Virus record (IMG/VR): IMGVR_UViG_3300043469_000246
Coordinates: 1-61,056 of that record
Direction: 5' to 3' (one strand)
DNA: 61,056 bases
DNA from: a virus
Lineage: Duplodnaviria > Caudoviricetes
The translations under genes and the position numbers were made by a program. The notes beneath the pieces were generated by a model. It worked only from the letters and a program-made list of their open reading frames with translations. It made no database searches and was not told where the DNA came from. This document shows positions 25,410 to 36,800 of the stretch, one piece after another (position 1 is the first letter of the stretch; each line of letters opens with the position of its first letter).

Positions 25410-26110
25410 TATGCTTCCTCCTTGTTAAATTCATTCTTTTTCTCTGTAAACTTGCCCATCATTTCCTTGAAGAATGTGGCATCGGTAGCTTTGACAGTGT
25501 CAAACAACACCTTGTTCTTCTTAAAAATCAACATGACATCTTCCTCGTTCTCGGTCAGATCAAGCAACTGATGCGAGGTAATCTTGATTAACTCAAGCCA
25601 ATCACCAACTTCTCCTGCGGGCTTTCCTGGTGCCACAATCTGCCACTCACCTTTCTCGCCAGCAATTTTCTTGGGTTCAGGCTTATTGGGTTCAGGCGTA
25701 ACAGGTGTTACGCTTGGTTTCTTGGCTACCTCTACCGCACCAGTAGTCGCATCCAAGGAGTCATGCTCCACGATCTCAAAAGCATTTGTCCACAGATATC
25801 TACGCAGATAGGTTTGCACCGCACCTAGGTTCTGTACATCATGGCAACCTTTGAGGGCAGCAGAAGACATTGGCGAAGTAAACATAATGGATGTGCCATC
25901 CTCTACATCGTTAATCTGTAGGAACGCCATCTCATGGTTAAATGACACTACACCGCAAAGTCCTATGTCATTGCAGATCTTCTGAATCGCTGGAAGAAAA
26001 TCGCCTAACTCAAAGTACTCGTAGCCAGCAAACTTATTCTTGCCTGACTTTGATAACTTTGTGCCTTGTAGCAACATCCTAGCTTGTTGCAGTTTTTTAT
26101 ACACACTCAT
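25409..26110 (-). CDS. erf: ERF-family ssDNA annealing protein
   Basis: KSGKNKFAGYEYFELGD, QNLGAVQTYLRRY..D. Confidence 0.8.
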   Translation of the reverse strand: MSVYKKLQQARMLLQGTKLSKSGKNKFAGYEYFELGDFLPAIQKICNDIGLCGVVSFNHEMAFLQINDVEDGTSIMFTSPMSSAALKGCHDVQNLGAVQTYLRRYLWTNAFEIVEHDSLDATTGAVEVAKKPSVTPVTPEPNKPEPKKIAGEKGEWQIVAPGKPAGEVGDWLELIKITSHQLLDLTENEEDVMLIFKKNKVLFDTVKATDATFFKEMMGKFTEKKNEFNKEEA

Positions 26111-26985
26111 ACACACTCCTTAGTTGATAAATAATCCCGATACTGTTGGCAGTATTGAGACACTGGGCAAAAGTTTGCACACCGAGTACGCTCGCCCTGA
26201 CGCACTTCGATCTCATAGTCCTTGCCTAGTTGCTCTAAGGCTTCTGTGGCAAAAACTTCTGATTCATATAAGGACTTGGCTCTAACATTCCCTTTCTTCT
26301 TAATAGCCCATACAGTGGGTTTCTCCCACATCTCTTCGGGGGTGCAGTCGGGTAGACCGCCATCCGTCTCGATAGCAAACTCACAGGCACTGTGTAGGGA
26401 GATACGCTTGGCAATATAAGCCTCACGTTCCTGCATCGTCCACAGCTTCATGGGGATTTCTAGGATAGGGGCTTTAGGGTAGCCCTCTTTCTCCCGATCC
26501 CGTCTGCTCCAATCACGCAACATAGCTACGATGGTGACTGACTTAACAGGCACTTTCTTAACCTTCTCAACAAGCCATGCGTAGATGTTTAATTGGTTCT
26601 CCCACTCAGGCTTCTCGTTCATAGCTGCCCAAACCGAGGTGAACTTGTAGTCCTTAACATGGATGCCATCGGCTTCAACTTCCTGTAAATCAACCGCCCC
26701 AGTGATGTGCCAACCATCATGCTCGATGTGAATGCGTTGCTCGACTATATGGTTCTCATCCTTGCCTTGTTCCAAGAAGTTATGGATAGCTGAGCCGACT
26801 ATTGACCATACCATCTCAGAGGCGTCTTGCTCGATCTCATCCTCAAACTTGCGGGTCAAGGCTACGATCTTGGGGCTATTGAGTAACTGGGTAGCAGACA
26901 GGTGAGCCTTACCTTTGTTATAGGTAGGGCGTTCTAAGACATTGATAAAGGTCTGTGGGATGCCGTATTCGTTAGTTAATTTCAT
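26107..26985 (-). CDS. PD-(D/E)XK exonuclease (Cas4/RecB-like)
   Basis: SATQL, GSAIH, E..ITGAVD..DYKFT, QLNIY, C-terminal C..FCPV..C. Confidence 0.8.
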   Translation of the reverse strand: MKLTNEYGIPQTFINVLERPTYNKGKAHLSATQLLNSPKIVALTRKFEDEIEQDASEMVWSIVGSAIHNFLEQGKDENHIVEQRIHIEHDGWHITGAVDLQEVEADGIHVKDYKFTSVWAAMNEKPEWENQLNIYAWLVEKVKKVPVKSVTIVAMLRDWSRRDREKEGYPKAPILEIPMKLWTMQEREAYIAKRISLHSACEFAIETDGGLPDCTPEEMWEKPTVWAIKKKGNVRAKSLYESEVFATEALEQLGKDYEIEVRQGERTRCANFCPVSQYCQQYRDYLSTKECV

Positions 26986-27133
26986 GCTTGCTCCTTGTAG
27001 CTAGTTCCATCTGCATTTGCTCATACATATGTTGACGCATCATGCGAAAGAACTGGATTTTTTGGTCACGTTCATCTTTTTTATTTTCAAAGTATCTACG
27101 CTCGTCTATGCGAGTCTTCCAACCTTTTCTCAT
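26972..27133 (-). CDS. hypothetical protein
   Basis: ATG 27133 coupled to upstream TGA. Confidence 0.55.
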   Translation of the reverse strand: MRKGWKTRIDERRYFENKKDERDQKIQFFRMMRQHMYEQMQMELATRSKHEIN

Positions 27134-27357
27134 TTCTTTGCCATTAAAAAAACAACGCAAACAAACATAAGAAACCCAGTACATCCGATTAACACCAAGC
27201 GCTCTAAGTTACGCTGGCGGTGCCACTTTGGTGGAAATATAAACAGCGTTTGGATATAGATCATGTCCTCATCGTCAATGGGCATGGGCTTAGGACATTC
27301 GTTATAGCGACAGCCAATCTGAACGCCCTTGGAAGTGGTATACGGAATTGTTTTGAT
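27130..27357 (-). CDS. 75-codon membrane-anchored protein starting at ATC (non-AUG start or start-lost)
   Basis: ATC 6 nt after AACTGCTAGGAG, preceded by in-frame TAA; frame open to TGA 27130; C-terminal hydrophobic helix. Confidence 0.5.
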   Translation of the reverse strand: MKTIPYTTSKGVQIGCRYNECPKPMPIDDEDMIYIQTLFIFPPKWHRQRNLERLVLIGCTGFLMFVCVVFLMAKK

Positions 27358-27363
27358 TTAGTT

Positions 27364-27375
27364 CTCCTAGCAGTT
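27364..27375 (-). promoter_or_regulatory. AACTGCTAGGAG leader/RBS motif copy 5
   Basis: exact 12-mer on minus strand, just after promoter. Confidence 0.8.
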
Positions 27376-27387
27376 AAACTAGACTTG

Positions 27388-27416
27388 ATTGTGAACCATA
27401 GTTTATAGCATGTCAA
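27388..27416 (-). promoter_or_regulatory. sigma70 promoter of recombination operon
   Basis: TTGACA-17 nt-CACAAT. Confidence 0.7.
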
Positions 27417-27451
27417 TAGGTTATACTCACATTAATTCATCTATTATATTC

Positions 27452-27474
27452 TCACTATAACAATGTTATAGTGA
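27452..27474. repeat. perfect 11-bp inverted repeat (operator-like)
   Basis: TCACTATAACA-A-TGTTATAGTGA in divergent intergenic region. Confidence 0.75.
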
Positions 27475-27492
27475 CTAAGGGAAAACACCTAG

Positions 27493-27828
27493 ATGCAAAT
27501 AGAATTGCCATACCCGCCAAAAGAACTATCACCGAATGCCACGTTGCACTGGGCTAAGAAGGCAAAGTTTAAGAAGTCATACAGACATACCTGTTGGGCC
27601 TTAACGCTGGCTCAGAAGCTCGTAGCGCCTCCTGAAGGCAGGATTGATATTCATATAACCTTTTACCCACCAGACAGACGGCACAGGGATGCGGATAATA
27701 TGGTGGCCTCTATAAAAGCTGGCTTAGACGGGGTAGCTGACGCCCTCAAGGTAAACGATAAACGCTTTCTGCCTACCTTTAAATTTAGCGAAGAGCCGCT
27801 TGGAAAGATTGTTATCGAGATAAAATGA
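27493..27828 (+). CDS. rusA: RusA-like Holliday junction resolvase
   Basis: LPYPP..SPN, RHRDADN..K..LDG.ADAL..ND. Confidence 0.75.
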   Translation: MQIELPYPPKELSPNATLHWAKKAKFKKSYRHTCWALTLAQKLVAPPEGRIDIHITFYPPDRRHRDADNMVASIKAGLDGVADALKVNDKRFLPTFKFSEEPLGKIVIEIK

Positions 27829-27861
27829 AGATGCCGCAGCAATGTGGCTTCTTCACGTTTT

Positions 27862-27889
27862 GGGGGGCTTAGAACACCCCCCTTTTTTT
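27862..27889 (+). terminator. intrinsic terminator after rusA-like gene
   Basis: GGGGGG-9-CCCCCC followed by T7. Confidence 0.65.
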
Positions 27890-30800
27890 ACAGTTTAGAT
27901 TCCAAACGCATCTCAATAATGCCATCTAATATTTCTTGTTTGGTTCGCTGTAAATCAATGATCTCTTGTCTGCGTTGCTCTGGTGTTGCAGTCTTGTCCT
28001 TAACTTCGCCAGCCATACGAATCTGGAGGTTGATGTCCCGTAGGGCTACTTCCATACTGGTTACATAATCACGAGCAGAAATTAAATCCTCATTCTTGTC
28101 AAAGTATTTATCAGCCTCGTCTGCCTTATCACGCTCTAATAGTTTCATGTAAGTCTCGTACTTGTTATCTACCCTTTTCTTAAAGTCGTAGAACAAATCT
28201 TCGTTACCACGGGCTACATCAGGGGCAACAAACGATCCGTACAGTGGGTTCTGTCTAGTTGTGGAGCTAGGGCGGTCTTCTCCAAACATATTAGATAGCC
28301 ATTGAACGGCAGAGCCAGTCGTACCAAATAAACCACGGACTAGATGATCTGCCTCGATTGGGTTAAGAACACGCTTACCTTCGGTAAATGGAATGCTAGT
28401 TACGGCGCTGAAAATCTTTCCAAGCTGCGAAGTCGCTGCGGTGTATTGCTCGACAGCGTCTAAGTCTTCCATACCTCTAGGCGTTACTGTGCTACCTGTA
28501 AAGAAGTTACGATTTAAAGTAATTTCTGCAAAAGGTTTAACGCCTGTTGAGATTAGGTTTGGACCAAGCAAAGAGTCAAATGCAGCCTCACGAAGGGCGG
28601 TGCGTAGGCGTGTACCATCTATTTCATTACTTGTCCCCTGTGTGGTTACATAATTATAAGTTAGCTCAGGGATAGCCTTAAACATGAAGCTGGCAGAGGT
28701 ATGCATTGGGAGAAGGATGTTGTTATCCAAGCCAGTCCAGTTCTTCGATAGGAAGATATTGCGAACTTTGGTTTGGTCATCGAGCTTCTGGTATTCGTCG
28801 TCATCTCCAACAGCCATGCTGTAAAGCATTACATAGAAGCCAAAGGTAGCCCCAGTCTTAGCCAACTGTGCCAAGGCAGCGCCACGGGCTTTGCCAGTTA
28901 AGCGTTTGCCGACCAAGGACATTGCCAAGATATCAATCTGCTGGGCATATGCGTTCATAAAAGATACAGTCTTTGTCAAGAACTGGGCGTGTCTAGCACT
29001 ACCACGCTTAAGGAAGTCGATCACATTGTTGGCTTGAAGCAGAGCCAGCATCTCATCACCAGTCTGTCTTAGGGTGTTGTTGTATACCGACACACGCTGT
29101 CCGTAGTCTGAGGCATCGCCTACACGATCTAGCAGACCCATCAAGGCATCAAACTTGTTCTTTTCCATTAAGCCAATCTGCTGTTTGTACTCAATCTCTG
29201 GGGTACGGGTATATGACTGATAGCCCCCAATACCATAGGACTTGAGCATATCGACCACAGGATCATCGGATTGCAAGGCTTTAATGAAACCACGGAATGT
29301 GCCAGCCCAGACTCTGGTTGGATCTTTTAAGCCAGTGACTAAGGCTGCGGTAGGCGCATCCATGAACAACTGACGGATCTGGAACTGAGGCCAGAGGGTA
29401 ACACCTCTGCGTAAGCCGTTAGCTAAAGCTCCAAGCATATCCATCGCTGGCATGCTGATATTTTCCATGCCTAGGACAGACTCAGCGATCAACGGATCTT
29501 TGATCTCGATGATGATTCTGCGACCATTAACAAGGATATTGGTGCGGACTGCGCCCTCTGGGGTACGACCCTCCTCTGGGAATACAGCAATCTGACCCTT
29601 CTTATTACGGGTAGCGTACTGCTGTGCCACACGATTGGCAGCGTAGTTACGCATCGAATTACGGGTAATCATGGCTACGTTGTGGAGCATGTTATCCACA
29701 ATGTCATCAATATCCTTAACTACTACAGTATCCTCAAAGCGCTTTTCCTTGCCGACATTGGTTAGACGCTTCACGCCACCCATTTGTGAGGCTTGGTGCA
29801 AGTCTTCCATATCGTCTTGGATACGATACCAGGGTACATAGTCCTTAATTCCTTTTAGTTGCTTAGCCCGCTTCTCGCTAATGATCTTGCCAAATAACAT
29901 CATGTCGATCATGTTGTCATTTACCTTAGTCCAGTTATCGAGCATGGTGCGTAATTCTGGATGTTGTTTCTCTTGGTCGCCATAGAACTTGATCTGCTCT
30001 TCGTCAAAGCGGACTTTTTTCTTGGCAATATTAATCATCCGCAAGCCTTTCTCAGCCTGAAGAATCTCATCTAACAGCAAAGCCTGACGAGCAACCGAGG
30101 TTTTTGGATCACGCATCTCAGCGTTTAGATCGTTTAATTCTTTTTCACGAGCCTTGAACTCATCCATGATGCTCTTGGATCGCTTGGCTTCGAAGAAGGT
30201 ATTGACCCTATCGGTAGCCCTTTGCAAGCCTTCACGCTCGATCAAATCATGCTTAGCCAGCAATACGTTAGCCATAGAGAATGGTCGTCTAATTGCTTGG
30301 AACATCTGGGTCTTAGCGTTAAATGCCAGCGCACCACGGATGATGACCTCAGAGGCAATATGACCAGCATGCAAGGCGTTAGTAACGGCAATCGAGGCAA
30401 CGGCTCGCATCTCGCCATCACGCAACATACCTTCTAAACCTCTGGCTTTTTGGAGAGCCAGATCAGCCATCTCTAGACCAGCGCCATACCAAATGTTCTT
30501 ATTGCGAACATACGTTATGGCACGAACTAATTTACCACCCATAGCCTGAGAAGCTAGTAAAGGAGCATCTTTAGCATCCTTATAGACCTGTCTTGCACCC
30601 CTAAAGCCACCGAGCAACAAGTCCTTAACGCCACGGCTAGGCTTGACTGGGGTATGGTTTAGGCCATCCGCTTGAAACTTCTTATCAAAATCATCCACGT
30701 TGTTAAGGAACTTTAGGGCGTCTGCATTATCGGTCACATACTCGACTAGCATTTGATTTGTGATGCGCTGCTGGTTGCCAGACATAATGCGGGCAAACTC

Positions 30801-33800
30801 ACGATGGATTGCTCGTTTATTGTCAAAGCCTAGGACATCTTTAATAGTTTCCAACAGACGCTGCATAGCCTTCTTAAATCGCTGCCAGCCACCGCCTAGC
30901 TGTGCCTTGAGTAATGGCTCAGCATTGACCGCCCAGTACTCTGACGGGTTGATGAACTGATATAGCTTATAGTCTGGAAGGGCGTCTGTTGCTTTTCTAT
31001 AAGTAGCTTCTGTTGGATTCTGGAGATAATCAAACACTGCCTCAAAGTAATCCTGTGATACTTGATCTGTATTGTCTTCAATTGCTTTTTGTAAAGCATC
31101 AGCCCATGCGTTTACCACCGCAGTCTGTGCCTCTGGAGTCATCATCTGTTCCATGGAGTGGGCAATCTCATGGCGCATGGTCTTGTCTTTTGGTAAAGGA
31201 CCAAAAAGATCAAAACTCTTATAGATTGTCACAAGACGTTTTACAGGCTCAAAATTACCAGATACGCCAGCCACTTTAGGTTGTTGAATTGATAATGACA
31301 GCCCATCTAAAACTGCGGGGTATCGTGTAGCAAGGGCATCAACAACCTTGTATGTATCGTTATCTATGTTATCAGCTGCCAACTCAGCAGCAGCTTTAGC
31401 CCTAAACCACTCTGCTGTCTTGCGAGGAGGTTTGGTTTTGGCTATCTTTTTGTTTATTTCTTTTTTTGCTTGATCAAGGAATGTAAGTTCACGCTGGATA
31501 TTGATGCCTATGTTGCCTTTAATAATCTGGCGTTTGATAACAGATATACCACGGCTTAGCTCAGCGCTGCGCTTAATCTGTTCAGCACGTACTTCATCTC
31601 TACGAGTATCAATTTGTTTAGGGGTAATGCCAGTAATATCCTCTAGTGTTGTTTTGGGAGCAAACATCTTACGGGCTTGTTCTTGATAAGTAACTGCCTT
31701 AAAGAACTGCTCTTTTTCTTTCATCAGATAGTCAATGGCTTGTGCAAACTCAGCTGGATCACGGGTGTAATTCAGCATGGATGAGCCACGCTTATAGAAG
31801 TCTCTACGACCTAGGATGTCGGTTAAGTTCTTGTCTAGGAAGTATTCACCACCAGAACGCTTGTTGGATGGCAAATCAAACATATAGGTATCGCCACGCT
31901 TGGTAATCCGTATGACATTGTCATCACTGGAAATCGTGCCACCTAACTCATCAAGGAACCGCATCATATCCTGTGGAGTTTTTAGACGGACATCTGCTGA
32001 TTTCTTCTCACGCTCAAAGTCAAACTGGCGGGACATTAGGATGCCCTGACCTGTAGTGCCATCGTTCTTGGTATAGGTGAGGATCTGACCAGGATATTGA
32101 GCAAAACCAGCCAAAATATTGCCAGTAATCATCCAGCGCTTCTCACGCCTGACGCTTGCACCTTTGTCAAATATATCAATAATTGGAACATACTCACCCT
32201 GCTGAGTCTCTGGGTTGAGATAGTTCACCACATCTTCTTTTTCCAATGTGTAGTTTGTGCCAATCTGCGAGAAATTAAGTGTTAAGCTCTTAGAGTCACC
32301 GTTAGCCACTGCCAAAATCATCTTCCAATCAGATCCCGATGCTGGATTAACAGTGCGCTTGACGTTCTTAATGTCGGTAATCATGCCGTAAACATAAACG
32401 CCATTTTTATCTTTAATGGTGACAGGATCGCCAATCTGAATGTTCTGCAACACAGAACGTATTTGACCAGCCATCAGTCGCTGTCGACCTTGTTGTTCGT
32501 CTATCTTAATTGGGTCAGTCTCTTTTTCCTTGAGATCTGCCATCTTCTCATTAAAGTATTTGTTTTCACGCTCATCAAATTCGCTAATAAATTCCTTAGC
32601 AATTTGTTGTTTGGTCTTACCTCCAAGGTTTTCGTTAACCATTTCCTTGATTTCTTGGCTGCTGTATGGCTTAACAGTGCGCTTAACATCTACACGCTCC
32701 ATAAAAGCTGGAGTAGAGAACACAGAATCCTCGCCCTTATCCTCAGTGAGAGCCTCGACAGACAGGGTTTCAGCATCTAAGTCAAAAGCCTTAGCTTCTA
32801 ACCTGTTAGTTCCCATACTGTTCTCACGCTCTAACAGCTCGTTATAGCGATCAATCAGGTCGGCATAGACCTCTTCTTGTTGGGCTAATGGAAGGATAGG
32901 AATATAGCCAGTGAACCTACGGATATCTGCTTCTAGGGCTTCGTTGGTATCCTCGGCAATTGCCAACATCTTATCGCCACCTAATGCGTTATGGATCTCT
33001 GGGTTATCCCGTAGATACTCTTGGGCTACTTGACCCCCATAGTCATTCATAAAGTCAACTACGCCTTCAGCTGTCACCGCAGACTTACGGGATGCTGTGG
33101 TGTTGGCGTTGAGCGATGCCATCTTCTTAAGCAATACCGCAGCTGGTCTCATTTCAGCTGGAATGTCAGCCATCATCTGAGAGTAGGCTGGAACTACAAC
33201 TTGACCAGTTCTATTAACACGACCTAGTGTTTGCACATGCACGTCAATGTTCTTTTCAGCTTGAACAATAATCATGTGGCGCTTGCTTTGATCTTTAAAC
33301 TTGTTTGAGGCATGCAAGGACAAACCAGTAGAGCCAGCTTGGTTGAGGATGATAACATCGGTATCACCGCCATTAAAGCCACGCACCGCATTAACACGCT
33401 GACGGATATTGGCTGAACGGGTAGTTAGGATAGGCTCGCCAGTCGTGTAGTTTAGGGTAACTGTGCGCCCCGTAATCTCATCGGTCTTATACCCAGCCTT
33501 ACGCAACTCACTGTGCATGTAGTCAATAGGCGATATAGGGGCAGAGCCAAATCCAGAGTTTTCAATCTGCTGGCGAATCTGGTTATAACGTGCCATCAAA
33601 GTAGGGCCAAGCTCATCTGGTGTTAGTTTGCGCTGTGTTTTTTTTCCATCAGGCGTTTTGATCGTAATCATCAACTGCTTGTCTAAGTAGCGGATATACA
33701 GATCAGCAAAGGACAGGTCTAATCGCTCACCAACATTAATGTTCATGTCTTCTGCATAGCTCTGCAAAAAAGATCCCATGGTGTTGGATACTGTCATTAC

Positions 33801-36800
33801 CACCTTCTCGCCAGCTTTGAGGCGATCAATAGCGTGACGAACTGAGTCTTTTGCCTTCAACGACAAGAGCATCTGGTCAATCAGGTTGTGCATGACCGAG
33901 CCAAAGTTAGCGCCTTGGACTGTGGTTTTCTCTCCGCCCACCTCAGTAACCATCTTGGCTTCTTTATCAAGCGTCTTCTGCATTTGCTTTAAAGCAACAT
34001 CTTTGCTACGGGAGAACGCAAGAATATCTCTCATGGCTGTTGCCATGTTCTCAGCAGTTTCTTTCTCTACCTTGGTGTCTATAGTGTTGTACGCAATCCC
34101 AGCAAAAGTTCTTTCTCTGCGGATATATTGACCATCTTTGGTCAACATGGTTGCCACAATCTGTTGCATCGGTACACCACCACGCTTAATGGCTTCTGCC
34201 AGATCAGATGGTTTATCTACCGCCAACATCATATTGGTGCTGGAATACAAGTCCATCACATCTGGGCGCTTGGCGTAGGTAGCCGAGGAAAAGAATGTAC
34301 CGAAGGCGTTATTAACTAAGTTACGGACAAATGCTGAACGACCAGTGCTAAGGCTCTCACCCTTCTTAGCAGCTTCTCTTTGTTCTTTGGATCTAGCCTG
34401 TGTCTCACCAGCACCGCCAGCATTGTGAGACTCATCAAAAATCATGTAATTGCCTGCTCCAAAGGTCTTGATGAACTTTTGACGTTCTGTATCTTTGCCC
34501 TTAACAGTTTGGAGCTGGCTATAAGTGGTAAAAATTACCTTGTAATCGCCAATGCTTTCCTTGTTGCGTAGCTCTTCCATCATGCCATCAAGAGCTTTAC
34601 CAGACTTGGGAGCTTTTAATGTAAGGTTAATCTCTTCAACTTGATCGCCTTTTTTGCGGAGCAATTGGTATGGGATTGATTCACCACCATTGGTAATAAA
34701 TATCTTTGGCTTGGCTGTGTCAAGCGCAAGCTCTCTGGTCATGCCAATATCGTCTAGATCTCGGATCATGTCGGAATAAAGATTTGGCTTCTCGGTAACG
34801 AAGATTGGAATCTTGCCAGAACGAATAGCAAACTTAATCATAGCAGCTACAACACGACCTTTACCTATGCCTGTCTGATCGCCAATGATGAAGCCCTTAC
34901 CAGCCTCAGCGTTACGGATGGCTAAGGCTAGGGCATCAATCTGCTCTGCGGAAAAGTCCTCACGCAAGGTCTCTAAATCCATGCCTATACTGTCTGATAC
35001 ATATTCATCCAGACTGCCCATCTCATTCTCGACCTTCTGGAGTGACTGCTCAATCGAGTCACGCATCGCCCTTGGCACTAAAGTACCAACGGATGTAGCC
35101 TGAGAGTGAGGTTCATAAGTGACTTGTCCTGCTGTTTCTACTTCTTCTCCTCTGCGCTCTACGAGGCCAGACTTGACTCGCTCACCTGAGACAATGCTAG
35201 GTCCACCCACTGTGCTAGGTTTACGTTCTTCAGTGACTCTTCTGCCAGCGGGTTGCTCTCCTTCACCTCTTGGAATGGGTTTTCCTTCATCTCTGCCACG
35301 TTCAGATACGTCAACAGGTTTAGGTTGTTCTGCACGAGGTTCTGCCCTAGCTCCACTGGGTTCTCCACTAGGGGTAGGTCTAGCAGCCGACACGCCTGTA
35401 GGCTCGCCTCTTTCGGGTCTGGCTCGTTCTGTGCCAGCTGGCTCACTCGGTCTGACAGTGCCTCGACCCACTGTTTGTGGTTCACCTTCCCTAACGGCAG
35501 CTTCACCGAGGTCAGCTCTGGCGGGGCGCTCAGCCCCTCTGGATACCATGCGACTAGCTTCATCTAGCTTCTCCTTTAATTGCTCATACGAGCTATAAAC
35601 TTTTGGCACATTAGCAGTTGGTAGATCAATTGATTCACCACCTTTGCCGTTAATTACAATAACGTCTACAGGGTACGCAGCGCCCTGTTTCTTGTACAAG
35701 TCACCCGATACAGTGAAATGGTCTACTACGTTGTATTTTTGATAGAGGTTGTAATAGAAGTTCCGTTTAGATGGAGAACGATAGCCTTCTCGTCTACCAT
35801 CTTCTGTTTTACCCATCACACCACCAACAATCAAGACGGCACGACCATCGTTTTTCATGTTGTTTAAGGCTTTGAACGCAATAGCGTGGTCTATCTCGTT
35901 GCTCTTAAAGCCGTCTACGTCATAGGAAATAGTCTTGCCTTCTCTGTTCTTGACTACGCCAAACGGAGGGTTAGCGATGACAGCATCAAACTCCCTAGAT
36001 ATATTGAGCTCTACAGCGTTCTCATTATTGATAGTTGCCCCATCCATGACCCGTTCTAACATCTCATAGCGAGTGCCATTAAGTTCATTGGCGATGACAT
36101 TCTTAGGACTGGCATCAATCAAGAGCATGCCGTTTCCAGCTGTAGGCTCAAATACAGTACTGTTCTTATTGATTCCTGCTAACTGACTGGCTACATAAGC
36201 TAGAGGTGCTGGGGTAGAGTAGGCTTGTTCTGAGATGCTGGTAGAAGTGCGCACCGACAGATTAGGCTGGCGGTTATATAGATCTACTAGGTTATCGTAT
36301 ACATTGTCACCTTTAGCAATCTTGCGAGATGCCAAGACTACACCGACTTCAATGGCTTCATCTGCTTCTTTTGCTTGTGCAGTGCCAGCTTCGATCTTCT
36401 GACCTGTAATGTTACTAATAAACTTACGGGCATCGAGGATGTCTTTAAATCCGTTGCCATCCAAGAAGTGCTTAGATATATCCTCGGCAATCTTAAACTT
36501 GCCACTAGGATCCATAAGATCAACAACACCTTCGGTGGTGTCAGGCAACTCAGCCTTTTGCACTTTATCGTAGGTATCCATGTCATCAACCATTGACTTG
36601 GCAGAGGGGTCATCACGGACAGCGTTGTACCACTGTTTGAGGTATGGCTTAACCTTATCGCCCAGATCAGCAATCATTGCCTTAGCGTAGGCTGAGAATG
36701 TACGAGCACCCTTCTCAATATGATAGCCAGACAGGGTAATACCATCAATTAGGAACTCAGGATCTATGCCTGAGTTCAACTGATTTAGCTTGGAGCGTAA

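Noticed and set aside
26107-26985. Cas4-like nuclease as part of a CRISPR system
   Set aside because: No array or other cas genes; adjacent to ERF, so a recombination exonuclease
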